DNA of 64,000 bases. It comes from an uncultured Planctomycetales bacterium (GTDB lineage Bacteria > Omnitrophota > Gorgyraeia > Zapsychrales > CAYRXT01). The position numbers and the translations under genes were made by a program. Positions 28,087 through 38,878 of this stretch are shown here, in pieces. Numbering within the stretch: the stretch's first letter is position 1; each line of letters starts with the position of its first letter. Where the stretch lies: the NCBI GenBank assembly GCA_964428315.1, contig CAYRXT010000008.1, forward strand, positions 6,140-70,139, read 5' to 3'. A model generated the notes under the pieces. That model saw only the letters and a list, made by a program, of their open reading frames with translations, did not search any database and had not been told where the DNA came from.

Positions 28087-29280
28087 TCAGACTGCTTTTC
28101 TCCCGAACCTGCCGATGACATCCCTGTACAACTGTTCCGTCTTTTCCACCATGCTTTCGTGGCTGAACTGACTGCGCACCCACGCGTAGGCCTTTTGGCC
28201 CATGTCCATGCGGCGGTTATTGTCGCCCAAAAGCCCGCACACAGCTTCGGTAAGCTCCCGCGGACTCCCAGGCTCGATGAGGATCCCGGTTGCACCGTCT
28301 TTGACGACTTCAGGCACCGCTGTGGCGCGGCAGGCGATGACCGGCAGGCCGAAGGACATGGCCTCTATAAAGACAAGGCCGAAATTTTCGCTCAGCGAAG
28401 GCACGACGAAAAGATCCGAATCACTGTAATAACGCGCGAGTTCTTCCGGAGAAAGAAAACCGAGAAACTCCGTGTTCTCCCTGTGGCTTGGATATTTTTT
28501 TTCGAAATATTTTTGAAAAGTGAGGCCGCCCGGCGCGTGCCGTCGGTCAGCGCCGATAAAGGTGAAACGGGCCAGTGGAAACTTCTCCAGAATACCGGGG
28601 ATGGCATGCAAAAGCGTCAGCGTTCCCTTCCGTTTCTCCAGACGGCTGACGTACAGGACCCTGTAGTCGCCGTTTGGCCTCTCCGTTTTTCTGGCCGGGC
28701 GGTCTCCAAAGGTCCGGGTCCCCAGGGCGATAAGGGAGATGCTGTCCCGGGTTAATTTATACCTCCGGGTTATCAGGTCACGGTGAAAGGCCGCCGAGGA
28801 CACCAGGACGTCGCTTTTTTTAACGCACAATTTCTCCATCCAGTTAACAAAAACGGGCCACTGTCTGCCCTTTGCCGACCTCCCGTCGATCTCCAGTGTT
28901 TCAAAAAATGCCGTGTGCAGACGGGTGACGACGGGCTTACGGCGCAAACTCAGCAGGTATCTTGACCCAAGGCCCTCCCAGTTGGGAAATTCGATGATGT
29001 CGAAGGCCTTGACCTTGTCCAGGGCTTTGATCTTCGCGGAAATATACCAGCTGCACGCCAGCCCGGGAAGGAAATATTCCAGCCGGGGGATATACCGAGG
29101 CAGGAACCGGTGAACCTCGATCCCGTTGACCGTGTCGACACGGTCAGCCTGCCTGGATTTTGCCATGACCGTGACGATGTGGCCCTTCTTCCGCAGTCCC
29201 TCGGCGAGCGTCGCGCTGTAGCTCGCGATCCCTCCCCCGTCTTCGGGCGGGTAGCCGTTTGAGAAAAGGCATATATTCAT
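28087..29280 (-). CDS. GT4 glycosyltransferase
   Basis: YPP..GGI, RLE.RKG and ENFGLVFIEAMS motifs. Confidence 0.92.
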   Translation of the reverse strand: MNICLFSNGYPPEDGGGIASYSATLAEGLRKKGHIVTVMAKSRQADRVDTVNGIEVHRFLPRYIPRLEYFLPGLACSWYISAKIKALDKVKAFDIIEFPNWEGLGSRYLLSLRRKPVVTRLHTAFFETLEIDGRSAKGRQWPVFVNWMEKLCVKKSDVLVSSAAFHRDLITRRYKLTRDSISLIALGTRTFGDRPARKTERPNGDYRVLYVSRLEKRKGTLTLLHAIPGILEKFPLARFTFIGADRRHAPGGLTFQKYFEKKYPSHRENTEFLGFLSPEELARYYSDSDLFVVPSLSENFGLVFIEAMSFGLPVIACRATAVPEVVKDGATGILIEPGSPRELTEAVCGLLGDNNRRMDMGQKAYAWVRSQFSHESMVEKTEQLYRDVIGRFGRKAV

Positions 29281-30218
29281 CCACAAATCCCCGTTTTTGT
29301 TTTCAATAAATCAGGGCCCCGTCCCAACCTGCTTATGACGATCTGGACACAGCGTCCCCAGTAGCCCATGATCTTCGCGCGGCAACGGAACTTCCTTGTG
29401 ACATCCGCGGAAAGAACGGCCCTCAGCAGGGGCGGCAGGTTTCTCAGAAGCTCCTTGCAACAATACCGCAGATGCCTGTGCCATGGGATGTCCTCCGGTT
29501 CGAGGAGGACGGAGGCCCTGGCCCACCAGTAGGTCTGCCTGAGAAGCTTGCCCGGTTTGATCCGGTCGGTCCGGAATCTGTGATAGACCAAGGCGCGGGG
29601 AGCGTACACCTTCCTGATGCCTCCCGCGGATACCCGCCGGGAAAATTCCGTGTCTTCACAGTAACGGAAGATCTTTTCCGTACGGAACAATCCGAACCGC
29701 TTGAAGACATCGGCCCGGACGCTCATATTGGCGCCGACAAGGTCCTCTTCGGTAATCGCCCTTGCCTTATCCCCGTAATCGACATGGGCGAACCGCCTGC
29801 GGACAATATCTTCGGACAGCCAGTCGAAACGGCTGATGTCGGCATCGAGGACCACGCGGCCCTGCACCGCGTCCGCGTCCATTGTCCGGTGGGCCTCGTA
29901 AATGTTCTTTATCCAATCAGGGGCGGGCAGACAGTCGTCGTCCGTAAAGACAAGGCATTCCCCTTTCGCCTCCCGGATTCCGGCGTTGCGGGCCGAGGCC
30001 GGAGAACGGCGGTTTTCGAAAACATACCTCAGCGCGCCGGAAAACTGAGGGTTAAGAGACGCGACAATATCTTTTGTCCCGTCCGAAGAATCATTATCAA
30101 CGACCAGCACTTCATAAGTGATGCCTGAAGGCAGGTCCTGGCCGGATAGCGCGCGCAGTGCCCGCCCTAAACCCTCGGAGTTATTGAATGTCGGTATAAT
30201 TATGCTTATGTCGTTCAT
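29277..30218 (-). CDS. GT2 glycosyltransferase
   Basis: IIIPTFN, VDNDS.D, FTDDD, GANM and EDTE motifs. Confidence 0.92.
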   Translation of the reverse strand: MNDISIIIPTFNNSEGLGRALRALSGQDLPSGITYEVLVVDNDSSDGTKDIVASLNPQFSGALRYVFENRRSPASARNAGIREAKGECLVFTDDDCLPAPDWIKNIYEAHRTMDADAVQGRVVLDADISRFDWLSEDIVRRRFAHVDYGDKARAITEEDLVGANMSVRADVFKRFGLFRTEKIFRYCEDTEFSRRVSAGGIRKVYAPRALVYHRFRTDRIKPGKLLRQTYWWARASVLLEPEDIPWHRHLRYCCKELLRNLPPLLRAVLSADVTRKFRCRAKIMGYWGRCVQIVISRLGRGPDLLKTKTGICG

Positions 30219-31180
30219 TCGGATTTTGGTTCTGTTGTAGTTGTCATCGGCCGTGTGCCGCCAGTATGAAATTGATAGGCCCGCCCCGCCATGATCCAGT
30301 ATTCGATCCCAAGACGCAACCTTTCATGGCCGTCCCCTTTGAGAAATGCCCAAACACGCCGAGCAAGCAAACCAACAAGTTTTTTAAGAATGAACCGAGG
30401 GATTCCAAAACATTGTGAGACCTGTTCACATTCTTCGAAATACACGTCGGCCCTTCCGTATTTGCAGGCCCGGTAGTAAAGCCATTTTTTGGTCATCTGC
30501 TCAGGCCTGATCTGATGATAAACATATGCGTTCGGAAGATAGACGGCAGGATGACCATCTTTTTCCAAGCGTTTTGTTAACTCCGTCTCGTTTCCCATTA
30601 TAAAATTCTCTCCTTTGACATCCATATCCATGCTGAAGCAATAGCCCTTATCGAAAAGAGATTTTTTTATAGCCATGTTCCCCCCCCAAACTTTGCCGGC
30701 GTCATACGGACCTTCCGAAATATCCCATTCCGCGATGGCATATGCCGAAAAATAAAAATCCTTCCGGATATTTTCCGCCGGCCGCTGGCCGTCCGGCCAG
30801 TGAGGCAATATTCTTCCGCCGAATATGCTGTAATCTCTCCAGCGGTCTGATCCCCGTAATAGTTCGACAAGCCAACTTTGGTCCGCCAGTACGTCGTCAT
30901 CCGTGAAAACGAGCAAGTCCCCACCGGCTAGTCCAACCGCCCTGTTCAAGGCGTTATTTTTTCCGCGTCTCTTTTCCACAATGTAACGAATGGGCAGACG
31001 AGCAGAAAACCGGTCCGCCGTTGTCTTTGTTTCTTGGTCGTCCGCATTGTCCATGACCAGAAGCTCCCAACGGAGCTCCCCGGTCTTCATCCGGCAGAAG
31101 CTCTCGAGCGTTTTATCGAGGAGCGCGGGCCGCCTGTATGTTGCCAGAATCACAGATATCTGTACCGTAATTTCATTCAT
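30215..31180 (-). CDS. GT2 glycosyltransferase
   Basis: ATYRR, MDN, FTDDD, GGNM and ETEL motifs. Confidence 0.9.
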   Translation of the reverse strand: MNEITVQISVILATYRRPALLDKTLESFCRMKTGELRWELLVMDNADDQETKTTADRFSARLPIRYIVEKRRGKNNALNRAVGLAGGDLLVFTDDDVLADQSWLVELLRGSDRWRDYSIFGGRILPHWPDGQRPAENIRKDFYFSAYAIAEWDISEGPYDAGKVWGGNMAIKKSLFDKGYCFSMDMDVKGENFIMGNETELTKRLEKDGHPAVYLPNAYVYHQIRPEQMTKKWLYYRACKYGRADVYFEECEQVSQCFGIPRFILKKLVGLLARRVWAFLKGDGHERLRLGIEYWIMAGRAYQFHTGGTRPMTTTTEPKSE

Positions 31181-32424
31181 GATACGAAAAGGACCCTTTC
31201 GTAAACGGCTTCCAGTTGCCGGTTAATGCTTGTGGCGTCGAATTTCTCGCGCACAGTCTTTTTAGCTTGCTTTGTAATCATCGGCAGGATTTGCGGATTC
31301 TCGATGATGAAACGCAGTTTTCCCGCGAGCGCCTCCTCATCCTTTTCCGGAACGAGAAAGCCGTTCTTTCCGTCTTTAACAAGCTCCGGTATACCTGAAT
31401 GATAAGTCGAGACGACAGGCAGGCCTGCGGCCATGGCCTCTTTGAGCGCGTTGGGGATGCCCTCCTGCTGTCCCGTACGGTCACGGACAGAGGGCAGAAT
31501 GAATATGTGAGCGCGTTCAAAAAACGGCAACACGTCTTTGTCGATGATGCGTCCGGCAAATTCCACGCGGTCTTCCAGATTCAGCGACTTGACAAGGATG
31601 CGCAGGGCCTCTCCCTGCGGTCCGTCTCCGACTATTACATACCGGACGTTCATGCCGTCCTTTTTGATCCGGGCGAGCGCGAGGATAACATAATCCAACC
31701 CTTTCATTTCGGCCAGGCGGCAGACACTTAACAGGACAATCTGTCCGTCGTGCGGTAGGACCCTGCGCCGAAACGGATAAAGCGACACATCAATGCCCGA
31801 GTAGAGGGTCTGTATTTTTTTCCTTGGACAGCCGGCCCGGGCGAGTTTTTCTGCAAAATAATCGCAGACCGGCAGCAGTCCGTCGGCATGGCGGAATACC
31901 TCTTGATAGTCCTTGGCGAGGGTGCCGTTGTAGTCCGGGATGGACACATCATGCCCCCTCAAGGAGAGAAAAAATCCGGCCCGAACGACATGCTTCAGAA
32001 AGATCATCCTCTGGGCGATGAGTCCATACTGGCACTGGATAATGTCGTAGTCCTTGCGGATAAACGGCGAAGACCGTAACAGGAGGTTGACGGCCTCGAA
32101 GACCTTGCGCTTTCTGATATCCAGGCATCGCAAGACATAAACCGGTCTTCGGAATATTTGGGTCAGCACAACCGCAAACGTCAGGCCCAGGCGTTTCATC
32201 CGTCCCCTGGGCGGCGGCTTGAGGTATTGCACTCTCTCCATGAGGCCGTATTGCCGGATTTTTTCATGAATCCGTTCGTCTTTTTCCGGATTGTCAAACG
32301 CGTAGATATCAACGTCATGGCCCGCGTCCATCATCCCGGTGATCTGGTTGACGATAAAAGTTTCCGACGCGGTCGGGAACCATTCGAGGACCATCGCGAT
32401 TTTTAATTTCTTTTTCTTTTTCAT
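31177..32424 (-). CDS. GT4 glycosyltransferase (WcaL/AmsK-like)
   Basis: FP..SETFI.NQI, RGHD, EGIPN.LKEAMA.G and HSGIPE motifs. Confidence 0.92.
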   Translation of the reverse strand: MKKKKKLKIAMVLEWFPTASETFIVNQITGMMDAGHDVDIYAFDNPEKDERIHEKIRQYGLMERVQYLKPPPRGRMKRLGLTFAVVLTQIFRRPVYVLRCLDIRKRKVFEAVNLLLRSSPFIRKDYDIIQCQYGLIAQRMIFLKHVVRAGFFLSLRGHDVSIPDYNGTLAKDYQEVFRHADGLLPVCDYFAEKLARAGCPRKKIQTLYSGIDVSLYPFRRRVLPHDGQIVLLSVCRLAEMKGLDYVILALARIKKDGMNVRYVIVGDGPQGEALRILVKSLNLEDRVEFAGRIIDKDVLPFFERAHIFILPSVRDRTGQQEGIPNALKEAMAAGLPVVSTYHSGIPELVKDGKNGFLVPEKDEEALAGKLRFIIENPQILPMITKQAKKTVREKFDATSINRQLEAVYERVLFVS

Positions 32425-32425
32425 A

Positions 32426-33364
32426 TCAAAACGTCCGGAAAAAGTTGATATAATCCTTCGCTATTTTCGGAAGTGACGTGCGCTCGCGGACCTCGTCCAT
32501 CATGGCCAGCGCGTCGTCCCAGGTTTTGGTCCCGAAGGAATCCCGGGCGCGGTTTACGGTGTCAAGCACGTCTTTAAATCCGCCGGTCGTATAAAAAGGA
32601 TACAGGTTGTCCAGCAGCTCGAGGTTGGCCGGTTCGCGGCTGGTGATGATGTTGGCCCGCATGCCGGCGGCGAATGTGAGTTTGGCATTGGGCTTGAAAT
32701 CGAAACTCGGCCGGTTCTCGTCCCTTACCGAAAAATGACAGCTGAAACCCGTCATGAGCTCAAAGATATTCTGAAGCTTAACGTCCTTCGAGGCGCTTAA
32801 CTTTACGATCTCAAGGTCGGGCAGATGGTCGACCAGCCCCTGACGGATATTGTCCGGCGTGGGATCTCCCAGATACGCCAGACGGAAACGTCCGGCGGTG
32901 TTCGGCCGGCAGCGCGGGTCCCAGTGATGGTAAACCACCCGGGTCCGGCATCCCGCGGAAAAATGCGGCGCGTAGCGTTCGACACTTTGACGATGGGGCA
33001 TGAGCGCACCGTCGAAAAGCCTGATATCTCCGTCGTCTTTGAGCCTGTCCAGGTCATCCAGGGGGTCCCAGATCAGGACATTGCCCGCCTCCTTCCATTT
33101 GTAAAGGAAATCACGTTTGTCGCAAAAGGCGTTCTTGATGAAGACGATGACGCTGTCCCTGATCGAAGGTATTTCCTCACAATACGCGAGATCCAGGAGT
33201 TCGGCAAAAACGCCGTTTTTAAGGATCCCGCGGCTCATCTGGTATCCCCGGGTGATCGAAGAGCCGATCCCCATCTGTCTGACGGCAAAATAGACGTTCC
33301 GGCACCGCTTGAGGGGTGATGACTTTAAGATGCTTTTATAAGTCTTTTCGATCACTGTTTTCAT
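32426..33364 (-). CDS. Hypothetical protein, possibly a divergent GT-B glycosyltransferase
   Basis: In-operon ORF; SS..RG.Q, WDPLD and KPNAKL...A motifs. Confidence 0.55.
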   Translation of the reverse strand: MKTVIEKTYKSILKSSPLKRCRNVYFAVRQMGIGSSITRGYQMSRGILKNGVFAELLDLAYCEEIPSIRDSVIVFIKNAFCDKRDFLYKWKEAGNVLIWDPLDDLDRLKDDGDIRLFDGALMPHRQSVERYAPHFSAGCRTRVVYHHWDPRCRPNTAGRFRLAYLGDPTPDNIRQGLVDHLPDLEIVKLSASKDVKLQNIFELMTGFSCHFSVRDENRPSFDFKPNAKLTFAAGMRANIITSREPANLELLDNLYPFYTTGGFKDVLDTVNRARDSFGTKTWDDALAMMDEVRERTSLPKIAKDYINFFRTF

Positions 33365-34500
33365 TGCCGGGATGGTGTCCTTTGTATCAGCATCGTTATC
33401 AGGATAAAGCTGAACAGCGTGTACACCTCAATGTATGTCCACGCGGCGACTTCAAATCCTGATAATGAACCGAAAAAAAAGCCTGCCGCGGTCATTCCCA
33501 TAAGCATTGCCCTGGTCCTTAATCGAAGTCCTAACGCAGTAACAGACAATGCAAGCTGAACACCCAGGTGCCAAAGCAGGTAAAAGAAGAAGCTGGCCAA
33601 AAGCGGCACAGGGACGACACGATTAATCCTGAAAAAGAAATCGCTGAGATTATAAACACTGCCGGCAGAACACAGCAGAAAACCGATGGCCGTAAAGCGC
33701 AGCGTTACTGCGCGGGGCATGGACTTTCCGATGCCACGTCTCCAAAAGACCGTAAACAGCAGAAAATTGGCCAGCATGGGAAACCACACGGCCGGATTAC
33801 CTCTAGTGTGCAGGTCTTCCAGCCTCGGCCACAGCAAGTGGATGAACAGGATGCTTGCTGTTGTCAGCACGGTCATGGCAAGGATCCCGCTGTTCTTGAT
33901 GCGCAGGTCCGGTATAATTTCCCACCGGTTAAGGTCTGCCTTGAGCCGGCGTTTGCGCGCGTAAATACCTGCTATGATGAGAGTCGACCCGAAGAGTTCG
34001 CTGCCTTCTTCAGCGGCCAGGCGCAGGCCCTCAATGGCCTGCGGCCAGGGCAGGACCCATTCCAGGATTTCTTGCACAATGACGAGGGCAAACAGAACGA
34101 AGCCTGCTATTAAATATTCCGCGGGCAGTACGGCCCTTTTTTTCAAAAGACCCACGACAGACCATGCAATCAGTCCGACAATCACCAGTCCGACCAAGAC
34201 TAGATGGCCCGGTTCAATTCTTTCATGAAAAGAGGCCAGCTCGTCGAAGGACAGTAAATATAAAATACCGGAAAGGATCAGCCACAAGATTCGGTTTTCT
34301 TTTTCTTCCGAAGCCCGCACCTCCAGGGCCAGTGTTCCGGCCGTCATCAACAGCAGGCTGGCCCACCAGACGGCGAGGTTCATTTCTAGCGCCAGATTAA
34401 AGGCCGGGAACAGCCGCCAGTTTTGCGGCATGTACGGCACATAATATTTACACAGCGTGAGCCCGAGCATAAACAGGTTCACGCAGACAACAGTTGTCAT
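33361..34500 (-). CDS. Hypothetical multi-pass membrane protein
   Basis: About 11 TM segments; E.N...W, LSFDE..SFHE and EE..E..G motifs. Confidence 0.65.
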   Translation of the reverse strand: MTTVVCVNLFMLGLTLCKYYVPYMPQNWRLFPAFNLALEMNLAVWWASLLLMTAGTLALEVRASEEKENRILWLILSGILYLLSFDELASFHERIEPGHLVLVGLVIVGLIAWSVVGLLKKRAVLPAEYLIAGFVLFALVIVQEILEWVLPWPQAIEGLRLAAEEGSELFGSTLIIAGIYARKRRLKADLNRWEIIPDLRIKNSGILAMTVLTTASILFIHLLWPRLEDLHTRGNPAVWFPMLANFLLFTVFWRRGIGKSMPRAVTLRFTAIGFLLCSAGSVYNLSDFFFRINRVVPVPLLASFFFYLLWHLGVQLALSVTALGLRLRTRAMLMGMTAAGFFFGSLSGFEVAAWTYIEVYTLFSFILITMLIQRTPSRQ

Positions 34501-36062
34501 TATAAATGCTTCTCCTTATCGCGCAGCAGAGCCGTGTTTTCAGCCTTGTTTACTATATAGCAAAGATCGATTATGTAGTGTATTAACGGAGGGCAGATCC
34601 ACCAGTTATTCTGTTTAATGATGTGATTAACAATTCTCGATAATACATAGCTCATGTTTATAATTTTATTTGAAATTTTATGCTGTCTGACACAACTGAA
34701 TAAAAGGTCGGCTGCATATCTTCGCCGTAAGCGATTGGGGTTTTTGGGTCTGCATAATTTGCTAGCAAAAGGAACAGAAGCGTACTGCGGATAGGCCCGA
34801 AGGATTGTTTCTGTATGAAAATCATTGGATAAAATAAAATTGCTGTCTAATCCTGATAAAAAATTGTATAAATCATAATCCAGATAGGGCGCGTAAACCG
34901 CGGGAAATCTGCTCCATACGCCGAAAGGAGACTGGCATATCTCGCGACGCGTCCTGTTCCAGAAGAAAAACTGCGCCAGTGGATTGGGCGTGCCCGCATG
35001 TTTTTGGAATTCTGTTTTCAGACATTCCATCGCAATTCCCCGGTCCAATTTTTTTCGAATAACCGGCGGAAACAAATGCGCAAAGGCGTCCTCATGCATG
35101 CAGTCGGCGGCATAATCGGTCAGGAACCTATCCGCGAGTTCGTTGAAACGGCCTTCCTTATAAAACATAATTTTTTCCGGATCGAGACCAAGCCCCGCGG
35201 AAAGGATGTCGCCGGCGATCCCGTCATACAGCACGGATACCTGACCATCTAACCTGTCGGCGATAGCGGCGCTTTCCAGGATTTCGTCCGAGCAGAAATT
35301 CGTTTCTATATTTCTTCGATGCAACGTCCGGAAATAGGATTTTGGCTGGTCTATGATGATATGCTCAATGTTCAATTCTTTCGTTAAGAGAGGGGCGATG
35401 CGTACGTCCTCATCATGACGCGGTGGATAAAATTTTGTCGTGATACACATATCCGGCGGATGGCCCTGATGGACGAGTTCAAGTAATATGTGTCGGGAAT
35501 CCCTTCCGCCGCTTAAAGGGACGGCGGATTTCCCATTGCCGGGAAGCCGCCTTCGAATGGACTGACGGAAAAGGTCAATGTAATTGTCTAGGACTTTGTC
35601 AAAATCCTTATGATCGGTGTGCTCGGAACAGGTATAAGAACCCGATATTTGGACGTTCCCGTTTTCCCATGTGAAACGGCAGTCGGGTGGCAGGGCCTTA
35701 ATGCTCCGGAAAGGCGTGTCATCCCCGATGAAGAAACCGATACGAAGAAAAACCGCAAGGGCCGTCCAATCGATTTCGGCTGATGACCCGTGTTGGATAA
35801 CATTGATTATGGAAGGGGATATAATTACCTCCCTGTCATCTGCATAATAATAAAAAGGATAACACCCGTACCGGTCGTTACGGACCGTCAGCCTCCCGTT
35901 TACCCATTCCCATTCCACAAAAACGCCGTCCGGCCGGGCTCCGGCTCTTTTGATTTTATGGCCAAGGAGTCCTTTTTCAGGACCGCGCGTTGTTGTCCGG
36001 CCGTCCTTCTCTATATTGGCCGAAAAGACGGGCTTCGATTCTGTCAGAGTATAGGGATTCAT
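34500..36062 (-). CDS. Asparagine synthase-related ATP-dependent amide ligase
   Basis: DRYG..PFYY, PLSGGRDSR PP-loop, DG.AGD and PYLD motifs; no N-terminal Cys. Confidence 0.8.
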   Translation of the reverse strand: MNPYTLTESKPVFSANIEKDGRTTTRGPEKGLLGHKIKRAGARPDGVFVEWEWVNGRLTVRNDRYGCYPFYYYADDREVIISPSIINVIQHGSSAEIDWTALAVFLRIGFFIGDDTPFRSIKALPPDCRFTWENGNVQISGSYTCSEHTDHKDFDKVLDNYIDLFRQSIRRRLPGNGKSAVPLSGGRDSRHILLELVHQGHPPDMCITTKFYPPRHDEDVRIAPLLTKELNIEHIIIDQPKSYFRTLHRRNIETNFCSDEILESAAIADRLDGQVSVLYDGIAGDILSAGLGLDPEKIMFYKEGRFNELADRFLTDYAADCMHEDAFAHLFPPVIRKKLDRGIAMECLKTEFQKHAGTPNPLAQFFFWNRTRREICQSPFGVWSRFPAVYAPYLDYDLYNFLSGLDSNFILSNDFHTETILRAYPQYASVPFASKLCRPKNPNRLRRRYAADLLFSCVRQHKISNKIINMSYVLSRIVNHIIKQNNWWICPPLIHYIIDLCYIVNKAENTALLRDKEKHL

Positions 36063-37471
36063 GTTATTTTTAACGGTTTTGTTATTGTTGTCCAATTCCG
36101 CGCACGGGATACAAGCCTGCGCAGGACACAGTACGGGAGATGCCGGGCGATGCCCAGGGCCATAGGCAGTGATCTCGTCTTCTTAAGCGTTGAGAGAAAG
36201 GCCCGCTCTTCGATGGAAAAATAGTCTTTCGCCAACATGCGCAGGAATCCGTTATCCCCGCATCGCCGCGCCAGTGCGATGATCTCGTCAAAGACTTCCG
36301 GGTGGACCGTCCTGTGTCTATACATGGCCTTAAGGCCTTCATAAACTCTGCCGGCCTCTTTGTCCTGACCCGTTTCCAGCAGGTGCCTGGCGGCCGCGAT
36401 CCTTCCCTCGTAAAAGGCGTAATAATTGGGCATGATTTTCCACATGAAGGCCGCCCCGACCGCGTTGGTTTTGGTCACGTTATCAACATGGTGGCGGTAT
36501 TCCGCCACATACCGGTCAAGGTGCCGGAAATCGTGCCGCGCCAGGCACCGGATCCAAAACTCCCAGTCTACAGAAACATAGAGGTCATTTCTGAACAGCC
36601 CCATCTCCCTGAAGAGAGACCTCTTATGCAGGGCGGCGCAGGTTGTGGTCAGCGTCCTGGTGAAAAAGAGTTTTCTGTTAAAATCCTCTCCGATAGTTTT
36701 GATTCTTTTGAACTGCTTAAAAGCCCCGTTTACGTTCTTGCCTGCGGTTTTTAGCGTCTTGCCGTAGACGAGAGGTTCCCGGCCGGCCGACAGGGCCTTT
36801 GATAGAAATTTCAGGTGTCCCGGATAGAAGACATCATCGTCGTCCAGATAGGCAATACACTCTCCCCGTGACATGAGAACGGCTTCATTGAGGGCGGCGG
36901 CCCTTCCCGTGTTTTGATTGAGACGGCGGTAGCGGATGCGGGGCGAATCAAAGGAATCGACATGCCCGTCCGTTTCTTCGCTTCCGCCGTCGTTGACGAT
37001 GACCAGTTCGAAATCATCGAAGTCCTGGTCAAGCACGCTGGCGATACTTTCTTTGATCATCCTTCCACTGTTGAAGGTCGTCATGATGACCGAGATCCGG
37101 CATCCTCTGCCGTTTTTGCGCACAAGGAGCTCGGGTTTTTGATCTGGCTGAAGAGACCTCAGGAGATCGAACACCTGCCTTTGCCCCGGATTCCGCCGCA
37201 GGGACTCGGCAAGACAAAGTTCGGCCAGAAAACCTTTGTTCAGGCCGAGAAACATCTCAGCCAGTTTGTTTAAGCGCCCTGTTTCTCCGTCATCGTGAAG
37301 ATAGCGCAACTGCTGATATTTGATATCGTCCCAGGGATCATGATCGTTCGACGCCTCATGCCGCAAAAAATAGGCTCCCGCAAGCTTTTTATCAAAGGGG
37401 TCCGCGTAAGCCGCAGCGGCAATCTCCCGGTAAGCCTGGTCTTTGTGTCCTGCGGTCTCTCTTTTTTCCAT
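36059..37471 (-). CDS. GT2 glycosyltransferase with helical (TPR-like) extensions
   Basis: ISVIMTTFN, VNDGG, YLDDDD and DWEFW motifs. Confidence 0.88.
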   Translation of the reverse strand: MEKRETAGHKDQAYREIAAAAYADPFDKKLAGAYFLRHEASNDHDPWDDIKYQQLRYLHDDGETGRLNKLAEMFLGLNKGFLAELCLAESLRRNPGQRQVFDLLRSLQPDQKPELLVRKNGRGCRISVIMTTFNSGRMIKESIASVLDQDFDDFELVIVNDGGSEETDGHVDSFDSPRIRYRRLNQNTGRAAALNEAVLMSRGECIAYLDDDDVFYPGHLKFLSKALSAGREPLVYGKTLKTAGKNVNGAFKQFKRIKTIGEDFNRKLFFTRTLTTTCAALHKRSLFREMGLFRNDLYVSVDWEFWIRCLARHDFRHLDRYVAEYRHHVDNVTKTNAVGAAFMWKIMPNYYAFYEGRIAAARHLLETGQDKEAGRVYEGLKAMYRHRTVHPEVFDEIIALARRCGDNGFLRMLAKDYFSIEERAFLSTLKKTRSLPMALGIARHLPYCVLRRLVSRARNWTTITKPLKIT

Positions 37472-38878
37472 TCAGGGCCCGGCTCTCTTCGACGCGTTTT
37501 CTATTTCTTTCATAACGCGTATAATTTCTTCCGCCACTTTCGCGTGGCCGTTCGTGTTGATATGGTCATCCAGAAGAAAAAAATCATTTTCTTTCAGCTT
37601 GTCAGCCAGCTGAACGGTAAGCATATGCCTTATATAGGAAGGGTATCCGGGATCCGTCTTTCGCTGTTCGATCTGCCTGATGAGAGAAGGGTCCAGTTCG
37701 TAATACGGGTCGACAACCACGAGGATCAGGGTCACGCCCGTTAAATCAATTGAATGGGTGTGTTCTAAGGCGTAAAGCAGTAAAAAGGACTCATCGGGTC
37801 CGCTCGTGATCTTACTGCCAAGGATTGATCTTCGCGATTCCTCATCGAGCCGCGGCGGTAGTATCGCGCGGTACGTTGTATTCTCGCCATCAATAATGCC
37901 GGTCATTATGCCGGCCGTCAGCTTCAGCGCGTATTTCCCAGGGAAATACCTCTGGACCTTCTTTTGTTCAGCGATTTGATTTTGTATAGCCTCCGGACTT
38001 ATCAGCTTTTCCCTTAGGCGACCTGTCTCCCAATAATGGCGGTTTTCGTCTAAATCATTAGAACAGTACTGTACAACAAGGTATTTGAGCCGGCTTGTGT
38101 CGAGCCTTTCGAGAAGGCGCATCTCTCTGACAGTCGCGTAAGAGCTGATGGCGGCGTTCAGCAACTTTTTACCGATTTTTTCTTCAATGATATGGGCGAA
38201 GGTGGACGCCTGCGGGACGCCAAGCCCCATACCGTGCGAATCGCCCAAAACGATGATCTCCGGAGCCCTCAGGGATTCCTCATCGTCTCTCAGTCCCATG
38301 CTGTTGAAGGAATAAACGACATCGAATTCCTTTTCCTTATGGCGGACACGGCCTTCGCGGTGGACGTATCCCAGTTCCTCGTCGTATAGTTCGTTGCGAA
38401 TGACAGGAAGAAGGTCTCTCTCTTCCATGTAGATCCTCCTGAACTGCCAGACAAGCTTTCCGGGAAGTTTTTCAATTAAGTTGGGCTGAAACATCATAAG
38501 CCGCATGAATATCTCGTAAAAAGCCAGGATGATAATAAGGTTAGCCGCCGCGACGCCCCAATATTTCTTTTTGTGGATGAAAAAGACCGCGCTTATTACG
38601 AAAACGGCAAAGAATCCCCAGTAAGAGACCTTCCATAACATCCGTTCGGCCTTGTCGAGGTAAAATTGGACCGGCGTGGTATCCTGCGCGGTAATCATCG
38701 TATTCAGTGCTCCGAGGGATTCCCTGCGATAAATGCTTTGAATGATCTGTTTGCCGGCAGTAAAATAAATCATCCAGGCCGCCGCGATCAGCAGGACAAT
38801 GATGATCGTGCCCAAAAATATCCTGCGGTAAGCGCTCTTTTCAAACGTTCTCGTCTTTTTTTCTGTTTGTTTTTTCAT
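37472..38878 (-). CDS. Membrane-anchored SGNH-hydrolase-like protein (putative O-acyl transfer or removal)
   Basis: NSMGLRD, LGDS, ND and DDH.N..GH motifs; N-terminal TM helices. Confidence 0.75.
   Translation of the reverse strand: MKKQTEKKTRTFEKSAYRRIFLGTIIIVLLIAAAWMIYFTAGKQIIQSIYRRESLGALNTMITAQDTTPVQFYLDKAERMLWKVSYWGFFAVFVISAVFFIHKKKYWGVAAANLIIILAFYEIFMRLMMFQPNLIEKLPGKLVWQFRRIYMEERDLLPVIRNELYDEELGYVHREGRVRHKEKEFDVVYSFNSMGLRDDEESLRAPEIIVLGDSHGMGLGVPQASTFAHIIEEKIGKKLLNAAISSYATVREMRLLERLDTSRLKYLVVQYCSNDLDENRHYWETGRLREKLISPEAIQNQIAEQKKVQRYFPGKYALKLTAGIMTGIIDGENTTYRAILPPRLDEESRRSILGSKITSGPDESFLLLYALEHTHSIDLTGVTLILVVVDPYYELDPSLIRQIEQRKTDPGYPSYIRHMLTVQLADKLKENDFFLLDDHINTNGHAKVAEEIIRVMKEIENASKRAGP

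Noticed and set aside
34500-36062. Lasso peptide cyclase interpretation
   Set aside because: No B1/B2 (RRE or transglutaminase-like) genes or precursor nearby, and the context is glycan biosynthesis
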